Part shown: piece after piece, positions 46,928 through 56,221 of the stretch
Numbering within the stretch: position 1 is the first letter of the stretch
Layout: every line of letters starts with the position of its first letter
Notes under the pieces: model-generated
Seen by the model: the letters and a program-made list of their open reading frames with translations, nothing else
Database searches by the model: none
What the model was told of the DNA's origin: nothing
NCBI GenBank assembly: GCA_002255585.1
Contig: NCBJ01000002.1
Location: 20,245 to 84,244 of the forward strand
Origin: Parcubacteria group bacterium 21-54-25
GTDB lineage: Bacteria > Patescibacteriota > Minisyncoccia > Phycocordibacterales > Phycocordibacteraceae
DNA length: 64,000 nucleotides
Direction of reading: 5' to 3'
Program-made: the position numbers and the translations under genes

Positions 46928-48856
46928 TCACTGCGCCTTGCCGTCCGGCTCGTCCGGCTTCTCTTTAAACTCAGTATCAGTAGGGCCATTCTGTGCACCA
47001 TCGGCCTTGTCCGCTGCCTCGCCTGTCGGCGCAGCATCGGCGGCTGCTTTTTGATTTTTCATCATGGCCTCGCCTATTTTCGATAGTGATGCAGAGAGTG
47101 CTTCGGTGGCCGATTTGATTGCCGCAACATCGGTACCCGCCTGCACTTTTTTTACCTCCTCTATTTTCTCAGTGACTTCCTTTTTCACATCCTCGCCCAC
47201 CTGTTCCCCAGCGTCTTTGAGCGCCTTTTCGGCGGTGTAGACCATCTGGTCAGCGAGATTTTTTATCTCAACAAGCGCCTTGCGTGACTCGTCCTCAGAG
47301 GCATGCGCTTCGGCGTCCTGGCGCATTTTCTCAATGTCAGCGTCGGAAAGGCCAGTAGAACCCTCAATGCGAATGGACTGCTCTTTACCGGTTGTCTTTT
47401 CCTTTGCTTTGACCGTTAGGATACCGTTACTGTCAACGTCAAACGTTACTTCGATTTGCGGCATGCCGCGCGGCGCTGGCGGGATACCGTCCAAAAGAAA
47501 GCGCCCGAGCGACTTATTGTCCGCGGCCATCGCACGCTCACCTTGGGCTACGTGGATGTCGACCGAGGTTTGATTATCGGCGTAGGTGGAAAACGTCTGT
47601 GAGCGCGAGGTTGGCACCGCTGTGTTACGGTCTATGAGCTTGGTCGCGACACCTCCCGCCGTCTCAATTGAGAGCGAGAGCGGGATCACATCTACGAGGA
47701 GGATATCCTTCACGTCGCCCTGTAAAATACCGGCCTGAATAGCGGCCCCGATGGCTACCACTTCGTCTGGGTTCACCCCCATGTGCGGATCTTTGTTAAA
47801 CACGGTTCTCACTTCCGTCTGGATTTTCGGCATGCGAGTCTGGCCACCCACAAGCACAACCTCGTTGATGTCGCTTGCACTCATACCGGCAGCCTCAAGG
47901 GCGCGTTTGGTAATGTCGATAGAGCGCGTCACATACTCCTCTGCGAGCGACTCGAGCTTAGCGCGAGAAAGCTTCAGAAGAAGGTGCTGCGGTGTGCCAT
48001 CGGATCCAACGGTAACGAAAGGAATGTTGATCTCGGTCTCCGCGGCACTCGAGAGCTCTTGCTTTGCTTTCTCAGCGGCTTCGTCGAGGCGCTGGAGCGC
48101 AAGCGGGTCTTTGGTGATGTCAATACCACTCTCTTTTTTAAACTCATCGGCCAGATAACGAACAATCTTATGGTCGATATCGCGACCACCCATGTGACTA
48201 TCGCCATCAGTTGCCTTCACTTCAATAACATCATCGCCCACCTCGAGTACCGAAACATCAAACGTGCCGCCCCCAAAGTCGTACACGACAATTTTCTCGT
48301 CTTTTTTCTTGTTGAAACCGTACGCGAGCGCAGCGGCGGTTGGCTCGTTGATGATGCGTTTCACCTCAAGACCAGCGATCTTGCCCGCTGCTTTAGTGGC
48401 GTTACGCTGCGCGTCGTCAAAGTATGCCGGGACAGTAATTATCGCCTCGGTGATTTTCTCGCCAAGCTTTGCTTCAGCGTCTGCTTTCAGTTTTCCAAGA
48501 ATCATTGCAGATACTTCCTCTGGGCGGTATTCCTTGTCGCCTAGGTGCACTAAAACTCCACCGTCATTGCCACCCCTCACCTCATACGGGACAATGTCTT
48601 TGTCGCGCTGGATGGCTTCATCGGAAAAGCGATGGCCCATGAAGCGCTTGATACCGTAAATAGTGTTTTTCGGGTTCGTCACCGCCTGTCGCTTTGCGAG
48701 TGCACCGACGATGCGTTCACCGTTTTTCGCGATGGCTACAATAGATGGCGTTGTCCGTGCGCCCTCTGCGTTTTCAAGGACACGCGGCTCACCGCCCTCC
48801 ATGATTGCCATTGCGGAGTTCGTGGTGCCCAAATCAATACCAAGAATTTTTGCCAT
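46928..48856 (-). CDS. dnaK: Chaperone DnaK (Hsp70)
   Basis: 642 aa, canonical Hsp70 signatures ([16 protein letters not shown]). Confidence 0.95.
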   Translation of the reverse strand: MAKILGIDLGTTNSAMAIMEGGEPRVLENAEGARTTPSIVAIAKNGERIVGALAKRQAVTNPKNTIYGIKRFMGHRFSDEAIQRDKDIVPYEVRGGNDGGVLVHLGDKEYRPEEVSAMILGKLKADAEAKLGEKITEAIITVPAYFDDAQRNATKAAGKIAGLEVKRIINEPTAAALAYGFNKKKDEKIVVYDFGGGTFDVSVLEVGDDVIEVKATDGDSHMGGRDIDHKIVRYLADEFKKESGIDITKDPLALQRLDEAAEKAKQELSSAAETEINIPFVTVGSDGTPQHLLLKLSRAKLESLAEEYVTRSIDITKRALEAAGMSASDINEVVLVGGQTRMPKIQTEVRTVFNKDPHMGVNPDEVVAIGAAIQAGILQGDVKDILLVDVIPLSLSIETAGGVATKLIDRNTAVPTSRSQTFSTYADNQTSVDIHVAQGERAMAADNKSLGRFLLDGIPPAPRGMPQIEVTFDVDSNGILTVKAKEKTTGKEQSIRIEGSTGLSDADIEKMRQDAEAHASEDESRKALVEIKNLADQMVYTAEKALKDAGEQVGEDVKKEVTEKIEEVKKVQAGTDVAAIKSATEALSASLSKIGEAMMKNQKAAADAAPTGEAADKADGAQNGPTDTEFKEKPDEPDGKAQ

Positions 48857-48968
48857 AGTGAAAGTTACGTAATGCTATCAAACTAATAAAGTTCCCGTGC
48901 TCAATCGCTCGGTGCGGTATGCGTGCATTGTATACTCCCGCACCACGCGCTTCAAGCCGCACCCCACC

Positions 48969-49535
48969 CTACGCATGGCGAGCTACCCGCACTTTGACTG
49001 GGCGTAGCACCGCGTCGCCTACCTGCCACCCCTTCTCAAGCACTGCCGAGACAGTGTCATCAAGTTCTGCATCGTCCGTCTCATCCTGCCCCATGGCTTC
49101 GTGGCGCATGGGATCGAACACGTCACCCGGTTCGGTAGATATTTCCGAAACTCCGAGCGCGGCAAACGCACCCGCGAGCTGCTTGGCGATAGCGCCGAAG
49201 CCCTGCGGCAGCTCGCCAGCGACTTTGGCGCGCTCAAGCGAGTCGAGCACAGGAAGCAGTGCTCCCACAACCTCGGCCGTACTTCGACTTTTAAGCGCGG
49301 CCTTTTCTTCTTCAAAGCGCTTGAGCGCGTTTACGTAATCGGCCTTGGCGCGCTGCCAGCCGTCCAAATATTCCTGTCTTTCGGTACGACATTGCGCAAG
49401 TTCTTTTTTAACTTTGGCGAGCTTCCCTTCTGCATGCGCCTCCTCCTCAATCAAATCGATATCATCGCCCGCGCCCGCAGAAGCATCGCTTTCAATTACG
49501 ACATCATCGTTTTCTTCGTGTGCGTGTCCCTTCAT
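48969..49535 (-). CDS. grpE: Nucleotide exchange factor GrpE
   Basis: 188 aa, acidic N-terminus, coiled coil and GrpE C-domain. Confidence 0.85.
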   Translation of the reverse strand: MKGHAHEENDDVVIESDASAGAGDDIDLIEEEAHAEGKLAKVKKELAQCRTERQEYLDGWQRAKADYVNALKRFEEEKAALKSRSTAEVVGALLPVLDSLERAKVAGELPQGFGAIAKQLAGAFAALGVSEISTEPGDVFDPMRHEAMGQDETDDAELDDTVSAVLEKGWQVGDAVLRPVKVRVARHA

Positions 49536-49632
49536 ACCTCACAAATATGCACGAAAATATTCTCGCCGTCAAAGCGCCCAGCGACTGCACAGTAGCGACC
49601 GCTGTAGCTGGAGAAAGGAGTAACAAAGCTCA

Positions 49633-50076
49633 TCAGGTTGCGGTGGAGGAATGGCGGGCCTTGAAATATTTCCAAATGATGAGCACGAGGGAGACGGTGG
49701 TAAGAGCTTCAGCCGAAAGGCGGGCGGCGTCGTCACGATAAAACGGGAAAAGATCGATGCCGATGCCAGTGAAATTTACGGGCGTCATTGCAGTGTAAAT
49801 GACGCCAAGCGGTATCATCCATGCTGCAAGTTTGAGCCAGGAGTTGAAGATGGGGCGCGAGACAAAGATGAGAATGATGGCGAGTGGAAGTGAGTAGAGG
49901 GCGAAGAAATAGAGTGGTTGGGTGAAATAAAAATATATATGATCTATCCAGGAGCCGTAGCAAACCGGAACTGTTTCTGTACACCAACGGCTAAAGTACA
50001 GAAATGCGATTCCGAGCAGTGCAATTATCAGCGGTATGGATTGTATGATTCTTCTTCTCATTGTGTGTGAAATCAA
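49633..50076 (-). CDS. Hypothetical membrane protein
   Basis: 147 aa, 4 hydrophobic segments; 4-nt overlap with upstream large secreted protein gene. Confidence 0.4.
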   Translation of the reverse strand: MISHTMRRRIIQSIPLIIALLGIAFLYFSRWCTETVPVCYGSWIDHIYFYFTQPLYFFALYSLPLAIILIFVSRPIFNSWLKLAAWMIPLGVIYTAMTPVNFTGIGIDLFPFYRDDAARLSAEALTTVSLVLIIWKYFKARHSSTAT

Positions 50077-52907
50077 TAGCTAATAATCAAACTCCCTTTC
50101 TCCGTTTGTATATAGGGTATCACCAAACCGGGGAGCGTCTGGCGTTTGTGTCGCATAACGCCACGCCGGTCAAAATGCTTTAGTTCCCCTGGTGAATGCG
50201 ATAGGTTTCTCGTCGTGACCACTGTCTTATCTCTCCGCGGTTCATACACCGCCACGACCGTGCTTGACGCGGTTCGCAGAGCTGCCACAAAGGTCTCGAG
50301 CAGGTTCTTGTGTCGGTTGTAGGCCACGTAGTATGCGATGCGCGCACCCGAGAGTGTCGTGGTCGCGCCATTGTACGCGATGGACTGCAACGTGATAGCA
50401 CTGTGCGCCCGGAAAAACGGCGTCGCGAGTTGTGTATACGAGAGCACGGTCGTGTTTCCCGTCGCATCACGGGCTGTCACCATTGTGGCGTACAAACCAT
50501 GGCGTTCACCATATTTTTGCCGCATATCTTGAGCATCCTTCTTACCCTTTTCCGCATGCTCGCCACCTCTCCCCGCATCCTTCTCAAAAGACGCGTATAC
50601 CGGGCTTGTGGCAGAAGTAACAGTTGCAGAACCGCTATTGTCGATTGCACTCCATACGATTGCCCTCGTGGTGGTGCTAAACGTCGCCTGCAATTCTGGC
50701 GGCACGGTGTCGAACACCACTGTCTGACCGAGCTTTGGCGTGACGGTTGCGTCTATTGTGCCGTCACCATTCTCGTCTATCGTCATAGGCGAGAGCGTCG
50801 AAATGCCGGAGGTGACGCGCATGGTGACCGTCGTGTTCGCAGTGGTTGGCACGTTTGCTATTGTGCTTGACGCTGTCACGGCATCTCCGGACGACTCCTC
50901 AATATCAAGCGAGAACGTACCGCTTGCGAGTCCGTGCATGGAGAGCGTGTACGGACTTCCTTCGGGGGCGATGATGTATTTCACCTCGCCGAATTGACCG
51001 TAAGTTGAGCTCGGGATGTTTTCTGTCGTCGACCCATCCGGCGCCACGCCAGTCGTGTTGCCAGAGGCATCGGTGAGCTGGAGCGAGAGCGGTGAGTGAA
51101 GGAAAAAGGTGAGTTTCTTGCCTGTAGAGAGCGGGGGTGGCTGGTCAGTCGAGATGTATGCTGGCAAAGAACTCGTGCTGTTGGTGAGGATGTTATCTAT
51201 GAGCGCGGCGAGTTGTGGAATCTCAAGAATATCCGCATGTTTATTCTGTGTGGAGTAGTCTTTATTAAACCTATTTAGGTTTACCCAATAGCTTTTCACG
51301 CTCGTGCTGCTCGCCATCATAAGTGCGCTCGGAGCTGTGACCGTCCCGTCGCCATCTTCTATGAAGATTGGGCGGTACTCAGGGCGCGTTGCGCACGCCG
51401 CGCATGCTAACCCCCTCTGGCCCGGACTCGGCGTGTAGAAGTCAATGCCGCCTACCGTATCCACCCCCCACCCCGCTATTTGGTCAACCATAATGCCTGC
51501 GGGCGGCACCCACGTGTCAAGCGTAGCGTGGGTGCTCGTTGCGTAACTGAGCAGGGCGGGGTTTGCAACGATCGCGTGATTGAGGTCGCCCGCACTCGGC
51601 TGGGTACGGTCGCCGCCCGCTGCAACGAGGAAATCGGTGAGGCCCTGTATCGTATTGATAATTGATCCGTACGCATCCTCCGCCCTTTGATAATCGCTCC
51701 CTTCAAATGAGACGAGCGGATGTTTCGGATCCTGGCCGGCGTTTGCAACGTATGCTGCCGAGGGAAGCAAGTGGTAGGCCATCGGCGAATTCTGCGCAAA
51801 GGCGCGCGCGGCTTGATTTGAGACGATTGGAATGGACCCGTATGCGTAAATACCTGCCTGATAGCCCAGCAAAAGTGAACCGATGTCGGCGGGGGTGCCG
51901 TCTTGGGGCGCGGCAACCAGAATCACTTTATCGACGAGTTTTGCCGCCGCAGTGCCGCCCAATTTTTGTAACAGTGCCTTGGCGACAAGACCGCCGTTTG
52001 AGTGGGCAATGATTGTGACCCTGCCCGTTTGCGAATTTGCCGCGAGCTGACGAAGCGTCTGCTCAATGTACGGTGTACTTGTTGCGTCTGCATAGTAAAT
52101 CTTGCCATTACGTTCGGCACCCTTATTGACGAGGTCGCTAAGGGACAGTCGCCAATCATACGCAACCGGCTCCCACGCCTGTATTGTGCCTCTCGCGACA
52201 AGAGTATCCATCTCGGTTTCAAACGAGTGATACACACTGTCGACGATGTCTCCTGGTTTAGTGTATATGTCGGCACAAATGCTCTGGCCAGACGAATTGA
52301 GGTCTAGTTCGTTTACATGTGTGTCGCCCTTGTATATGTCCAAGATTGAGTTTACTGGTTCCCAGAGTTTTTCTTCCGTTGTGTGGCCGCATCCATTCCC
52401 TTCGTAGAGCCGGCTGCCTTCGATGCCTGGAAGAAACAGCACGCTGTCGTGGCAGGCGCCTGGAGTGGCGCACGGGTCGTTTGCGTTTTGAATGGTGAAG
52501 TGCACGGTGGTGATTGTTGCCATACTCGCGTCGGACGCAGCATACAAATCAAGCTCATAGGTGCCGGCTCGTTGCCAGGAAAAAGGTGTGGGTGGCAATC
52601 CGTTCGGGTGTGCTATAAACGTGCGGGTGCTTGACGTGGCAGATACCGTATACAAACTCCCCGCTTCAAGGCCGTAGAAATCATTTTGAATACCGACGTA
52701 CGCGTTGCCCGCCACACCAAATGGCACGGCGTAGGTACCGCCCTCTTGCATATCAATTGCGTCGCCAATGTCTGCATCAGTCCAGGCGAGTCCTGTGAAA
52801 GGCGCCCCAGGAATTACTATTTGGGTAGCGTACGAAAATTGCGGTGCCCCCACGAGAGTGAGCATACCGAAAACGATAACTGAAACACTGTGCGTGCGAG
52901 CGCGCAT
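50073..52907 (-). CDS. Large secreted alpha/beta-hydrolase-like protein (lipase/esterase, AHSNGG nucleophile elbow) with extra beta-rich domains
   Basis: Signal peptide; RVTIIAHSNGGLVAKALL (GxSxG-type elbow like Bacillus lipase AHSMGG; PGAP1/LCAT-like context); about 500 aa of additional Ig-like/beta domains. Confidence 0.5.
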   Translation of the reverse strand: MRARTHSVSVIVFGMLTLVGAPQFSYATQIVIPGAPFTGLAWTDADIGDAIDMQEGGTYAVPFGVAGNAYVGIQNDFYGLEAGSLYTVSATSSTRTFIAHPNGLPPTPFSWQRAGTYELDLYAASDASMATITTVHFTIQNANDPCATPGACHDSVLFLPGIEGSRLYEGNGCGHTTEEKLWEPVNSILDIYKGDTHVNELDLNSSGQSICADIYTKPGDIVDSVYHSFETEMDTLVARGTIQAWEPVAYDWRLSLSDLVNKGAERNGKIYYADATSTPYIEQTLRQLAANSQTGRVTIIAHSNGGLVAKALLQKLGGTAAAKLVDKVILVAAPQDGTPADIGSLLLGYQAGIYAYGSIPIVSNQAARAFAQNSPMAYHLLPSAAYVANAGQDPKHPLVSFEGSDYQRAEDAYGSIINTIQGLTDFLVAAGGDRTQPSAGDLNHAIVANPALLSYATSTHATLDTWVPPAGIMVDQIAGWGVDTVGGIDFYTPSPGQRGLACAACATRPEYRPIFIEDGDGTVTAPSALMMASSTSVKSYWVNLNRFNKDYSTQNKHADILEIPQLAALIDNILTNSTSSLPAYISTDQPPPLSTGKKLTFFLHSPLSLQLTDASGNTTGVAPDGSTTENIPSSTYGQFGEVKYIIAPEGSPYTLSMHGLASGTFSLDIEESSGDAVTASSTIANVPTTANTTVTMRVTSGISTLSPMTIDENGDGTIDATVTPKLGQTVVFDTVPPELQATFSTTTRAIVWSAIDNSGSATVTSATSPVYASFEKDAGRGGEHAEKGKKDAQDMRQKYGERHGLYATMVTARDATGNTTVLSYTQLATPFFRAHSAITLQSIAYNGATTTLSGARIAYYVAYNRHKNLLETFVAALRTASSTVVAVYEPRRDKTVVTTRNLSHSPGELKHFDRRGVMRHKRQTLPGLVIPYIQTEKGSLIISY

Positions 52908-52973
52908 TGCTTATCACCCTAACCGCTATGGCGCGATAACGCGACCATTGGGGTGGGGATAACGAGACAACTG

Positions 52974-53603
52974 CTAGCGAATACCCGTGTCGCAAGAGAT
53001 GGTGGTAGTGGCGTAGCCAGAAGGATTGACGACGATATCTGTCGAGGAGCAGCGCGGAAACGGCGTACCGCTTTTCGCCGAGAGCGTGTAGCTGCCCGGT
53101 GGTAACGAGAATAAGAACACCCCCGCGACGCTGGTCTTTTCTGTGGCAAATACGCGTGTGGAACCCGTGCGCGCAGCCGTGACCGTCGTTTGGTATGGCT
53201 TGTCAGCACAGCTGGCCAACGGCGGGTTATGCGCCACCGGACACGTTGGCCCGAGTGTTACAACACCACGCACGCCTGAGTGGAACGGTGCAATGCCGCC
53301 GACGCCGCTTCCGGTGCTAGTGGCCGTATCCACCACACACACACCGCCAGTGTCAGGTCGGCTCACGGTGAGTTGGCAGTGGAGCCCCGGGCCGCACAAT
53401 GGCGCATTTCTAATGAAGCCGCCGCAGTGCCCGCCGACGCCGACAATCGGAACCCCGCTCCCAACTCCCGTGCCGCCTATAGGCGGCACGCTCACGGGCG
53501 CACGTGCCGGCTTCCCTGCGAGCACCACGTACAAAAACACGCCCACTACCGCGACCGTTGCTACCCCAATGCCACCGCGTACCCATTTTGATTGCATATT
53601 CAT
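52974..53603 (-). CDS. Secreted Gly/Cys-containing hypothetical protein with beta-sandwich-like C-terminus
   Basis: Signal-anchor, Gly-rich region with paired Cys, C-terminal region resembling carboxypeptidase-regulatory/prealbumin-like fold. Confidence 0.4.
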   Translation of the reverse strand: MNMQSKWVRGGIGVATVAVVGVFLYVVLAGKPARAPVSVPPIGGTGVGSGVPIVGVGGHCGGFIRNAPLCGPGLHCQLTVSRPDTGGVCVVDTATSTGSGVGGIAPFHSGVRGVVTLGPTCPVAHNPPLASCADKPYQTTVTAARTGSTRVFATEKTSVAGVFLFSLPPGSYTLSAKSGTPFPRCSSTDIVVNPSGYATTTISCDTGIR

Positions 53604-53626
53604 ATCAATAAGTATACCGCACTCGG

Positions 53627-53761
53627 CTACATCCCCTGCCAGAGTTCAAAGGCCTCATCGACGTCATCGATGCCGTTTTCTTCTATAAAGTCCTGCAGCT
53701 CCTGCGCCTCGTCCTGCGTCAGATCCTCTTCCTTTGCTTTCTCAAATACTTCTTCGTCCAT
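53627..53761 (-). CDS. Possible 44-aa highly acidic small ORF downstream of the endonuclease gene (speculative)
   Basis: MDEEVFEKAKEEDLTQDEAQELQDFIEENGIDDVDEAFELWQGM; below the 60-aa ORF-track cutoff; no Shine-Dalgarno sequence. Confidence 0.2.
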   Translation of the reverse strand: MDEEVFEKAKEEDLTQDEAQELQDFIEENGIDDVDEAFELWQGM

Positions 53762-53854
53762 ATCGAGAATGCGATAAATGATCTCTTTGCGTGTAGCTAT
53801 TCTTGAAGTGGTGGTACTCTACTTCCATTTCATCGGATATTCGTGCTCATCTTT

Positions 53855-54499
53855 CTACGAAGCTATTTCAAATATCTTTTTAACCAAATTCGTTCGGGCG
53901 TAAAATGCACGAGTAATTGGCCGGCGGTTGCCTGTTCGAGGATTTACACCACCAGTTCCTTTTGTGCGTGCCTGTATCCATTCACCATCTTTCCCAGTAA
54001 GAGCGCCAAATCCTTGATTAATAAGTTTCGCACGAATGAAGTCGTAATCAGCTTTTATTTCCTGAATGAGTTTGTCGTCTTCTGCGAAGTCTAGGTTTGC
54101 TACTCGCAGCAACTTAGAATCTTTTGCATTCTTGCCGTCCCACCGGACTGCGCAAAACACGATCGCTTTCAATTTCGCCCAAACATGACTTTCGAAAAAC
54201 GACTCCCCTGCCAATTCTTTGGGGTTTATCATCGTGATCGCCATGGTTTCTTTTGGGACAAGCTCTCCCTTGATCTCATGAAAAGAGACCGACTTCAACT
54301 CATAACTGAGACCGTTTGGCGCCTTGGACACATTTGTCTCAAGTCCTGCGAGGCGTTCCAACACAAGCCCTTTCCAGCCCTTATTTTGTTTGCCGTTTAG
54401 GAACGGATGTATCCCGTGCTCCTCAGCCAAGGCTGCCAAGTCCTTGCCGACGTACTGCTTCAAGTTTTTTATGGCTGTCGTGCGGGTTACGATTTTCAT
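53855..54499 (-). CDS. MutH/Sau3AI-family (PD-(D/E)xK) endonuclease; putative GATC-specific restriction or nicking enzyme
   Basis: NKGWKGLVLERLAGL...YELKSV aligns with E. coli MutH DKGWIGVLLEIWLGA...GVELKT; ATG overlaps MTase stop (ATGA). Confidence 0.65.
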   Translation of the reverse strand: MKIVTRTTAIKNLKQYVGKDLAALAEEHGIHPFLNGKQNKGWKGLVLERLAGLETNVSKAPNGLSYELKSVSFHEIKGELVPKETMAITMINPKELAGESFFESHVWAKLKAIVFCAVRWDGKNAKDSKLLRVANLDFAEDDKLIQEIKADYDFIRAKLINQGFGALTGKDGEWIQARTKGTGGVNPRTGNRRPITRAFYARTNLVKKIFEIAS

Positions 54500-55347
54500 G
54501 TTTCCAATTTCTTATTTCCCATATCGTGCTGTAAATCTTTGAATCGTTTTGTTGACAAATCCAGATATTGCTTTTCCTTGTCTATGCCCACAAATTTACG
54601 TCCATTCATGGTGGCTGCAAGACCGGTGGTAGAACTGCCTGTAAACGGATCCAGCACTACATCGCCCTTGTTGGTGCTGGCAAGCACAATACGTCGTAGG
54701 AGCTCAATGGGTTTCTGAGTGGGGTGTTTGCCATATTTCTTTTCCCACGGCTTTGGTGTGCCAATAGACCAGACCGAGCGCATCTGCGTGTGCGGCTTTT
54801 TTAGTGTGTCGCCCGGCCACTCGCCGTCTTTCATGGCTTCGTAGTTAAATGTGTGTTTCGCTTTTTTGTCTTTGCGCGCCCAAACCAAAGTCTCGTGGCT
54901 TGCGGTAAAAAAACGACAACTTAGATTGGGCGAAGCGTTTGGCTTAAACCACACAATGTCGTTCAGAATATGGAAACCAAGTGACTGGAGCGCATGCCCG
55001 CACTGATAGATGGAGTGGTAGGTGCCTGATACCCAAAGGGTCGCGCCCGGCTTTAAGACTCGATGCACAGCCTGAATCCATCGATAGTGAAATTCATAAT
55101 CATCTTCAAACCCCCTGCTTTTATCCCAATCACCTTTGTCAACGCTTACCATTCTACCAGCATGTACTGTAAAACCACCATTTGAGAGGTTGTATGGGGG
55201 ATCGGCAAAGATCATGTCGATCGAATTTTCTTGGAGAGAGTTTAGGAACTCGATCGAGTCAGCATTGTATAGAACGAAACTATCTTCATGAAAATAAGGT
55301 CTGGTTGAGACAGACGCGAGAATCTTTGGGTGTGTAGCTGTTGGCAT
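54496..55347 (-). CDS. Beta-class N6-adenine (or N4-cytosine) DNA methyltransferase, DpnA/M.MboIB-like
   Basis: Motif IV IFADPPYNL precedes motif I VLDPFTGSSTTG; GKHPTQKP; strong resemblance to DpnII-system second MTase; ATG 55347 chosen because TTG 55377 lies inside the rpsI terminator hairpin. Confidence 0.8.
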   Translation of the reverse strand: MPTATHPKILASVSTRPYFHEDSFVLYNADSIEFLNSLQENSIDMIFADPPYNLSNGGFTVHAGRMVSVDKGDWDKSRGFEDDYEFHYRWIQAVHRVLKPGATLWVSGTYHSIYQCGHALQSLGFHILNDIVWFKPNASPNLSCRFFTASHETLVWARKDKKAKHTFNYEAMKDGEWPGDTLKKPHTQMRSVWSIGTPKPWEKKYGKHPTQKPIELLRRIVLASTNKGDVVLDPFTGSSTTGLAATMNGRKFVGIDKEKQYLDLSTKRFKDLQHDMGNKKLET

Positions 55348-55375
55348 ATTTGTTAAGTCGATTTTAACATAAAGC

Positions 55376-55400
55376 AAAACCGCCCCTGAGGGCGGTTTTG
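55376..55400 (-). terminator. Intrinsic terminator downstream of rpsI (5-bp GC stem extended by 4 A-U pairs)
   Basis: aaaaccgcc-cctgag-ggcggtttt; 38 nt after rpsI stop. Confidence 0.5.
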
Positions 55401-55437
55401 CTGATTGTGAAATTTACAGCGATTTGTGCGTGCGGGT

Positions 55438-55836
55438 TTAACGCTTGGACCACTGCGGGGCCTTGCGGGCCTTCCTGAGGCCCGGCTTTTTGCGCTCCAC
55501 GGCGCGTGAATCGCGGGTCAGGAGGCCCGCGGCCTTGAGTGGAGCACGAAGCTCGGCGACGTGCTTGATGAGCGCACGAGAGATGCCATGGCGCGTGGCG
55601 TCTGCCTGGGCACTCACACCGCCACCCGAGACGCGTACCTCGATAGCGTAGGTTCCCGCTGCCTCTGCGGCGACGAACGGCTCGTTGATTACACGCGTGC
55701 GATCGTCGGTCTTGAAATATTCCGCAGCTGGCTTGCCGTTGACCGTAATAGTCGTCTTGTCGGCAGGGGTAATGCGCACACTCGCGCGCGCGGTCTTGCG
55801 GCGTCCTATTGCAGGGATATAACGGGTTTCAGTCAT
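55438..55836 (-). CDS. rpsI: 30S ribosomal protein S9
   Basis: 132 aa, GRRKTA...basic C-terminus KR. Confidence 0.9.
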   Translation of the reverse strand: MTETRYIPAIGRRKTARASVRITPADKTTITVNGKPAAEYFKTDDRTRVINEPFVAAEAAGTYAIEVRVSGGGVSAQADATRHGISRALIKHVAELRAPLKAAGLLTRDSRAVERKKPGLRKARKAPQWSKR

Positions 55837-55844
55837 AAAAATAA

Positions 55845-56213
55845 TTAGTCGATGATGGTAAGGCGCTTCATGCGCTCGTTACGGAGCTTGTTGCGCGGGA
55901 GCATGCCGTCCACGGCTTTGTGGAGCACTTCCGCGACACCTTTTTTCTCGAGCATGTCAGACATACTGGTGTGGCGCAGGCCACCCGGGTAGCCGGTGTA
56001 GTGCGTATAGTCCTTGCCTTTGATGCGGCGCTCGGGAAGCCAGAGCTTTTTTGCGTTTTCAATAGTAACGCGTACCGGAAGCACGCGATACTTCACGAAG
56101 TGAACGGATTTCTTACCAAGCAGCACGGATGCCGCTTCGCTTGCTACGCGCCCAAGCGTGCGGCCGGAAGCGTCAATAACGTGATTCTTAATCTCTGGTG
56201 CAGCGGTAGTCAT
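55845..56213 (-). CDS. rplM: 50S ribosomal protein L13
   Basis: 122 aa, canonical L13 pattern. Confidence 0.9.
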   Translation of the reverse strand: MTTAAPEIKNHVIDASGRTLGRVASEAASVLLGKKSVHFVKYRVLPVRVTIENAKKLWLPERRIKGKDYTHYTGYPGGLRHTSMSDMLEKKGVAEVLHKAVDGMLPRNKLRNERMKRLTIID

Positions 56214-56221
56214 GAGTGTGT

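Noticed and set aside
48857-49632. CIRCE/HrcA heat-shock operator upstream of grpE or dnaK
   Set aside because: No TTAGCACTC-N9-GAGTGCTAA inverted repeat is present in either upstream spacer. Only unrelated weak hairpins were found.
55348-55377. ORF-track TTG start for the methyltransferase
   Set aside because: The TTG sits inside the rpsI terminator hairpin. The ATG at 55347 aligns with the DpnA-like N-terminus.
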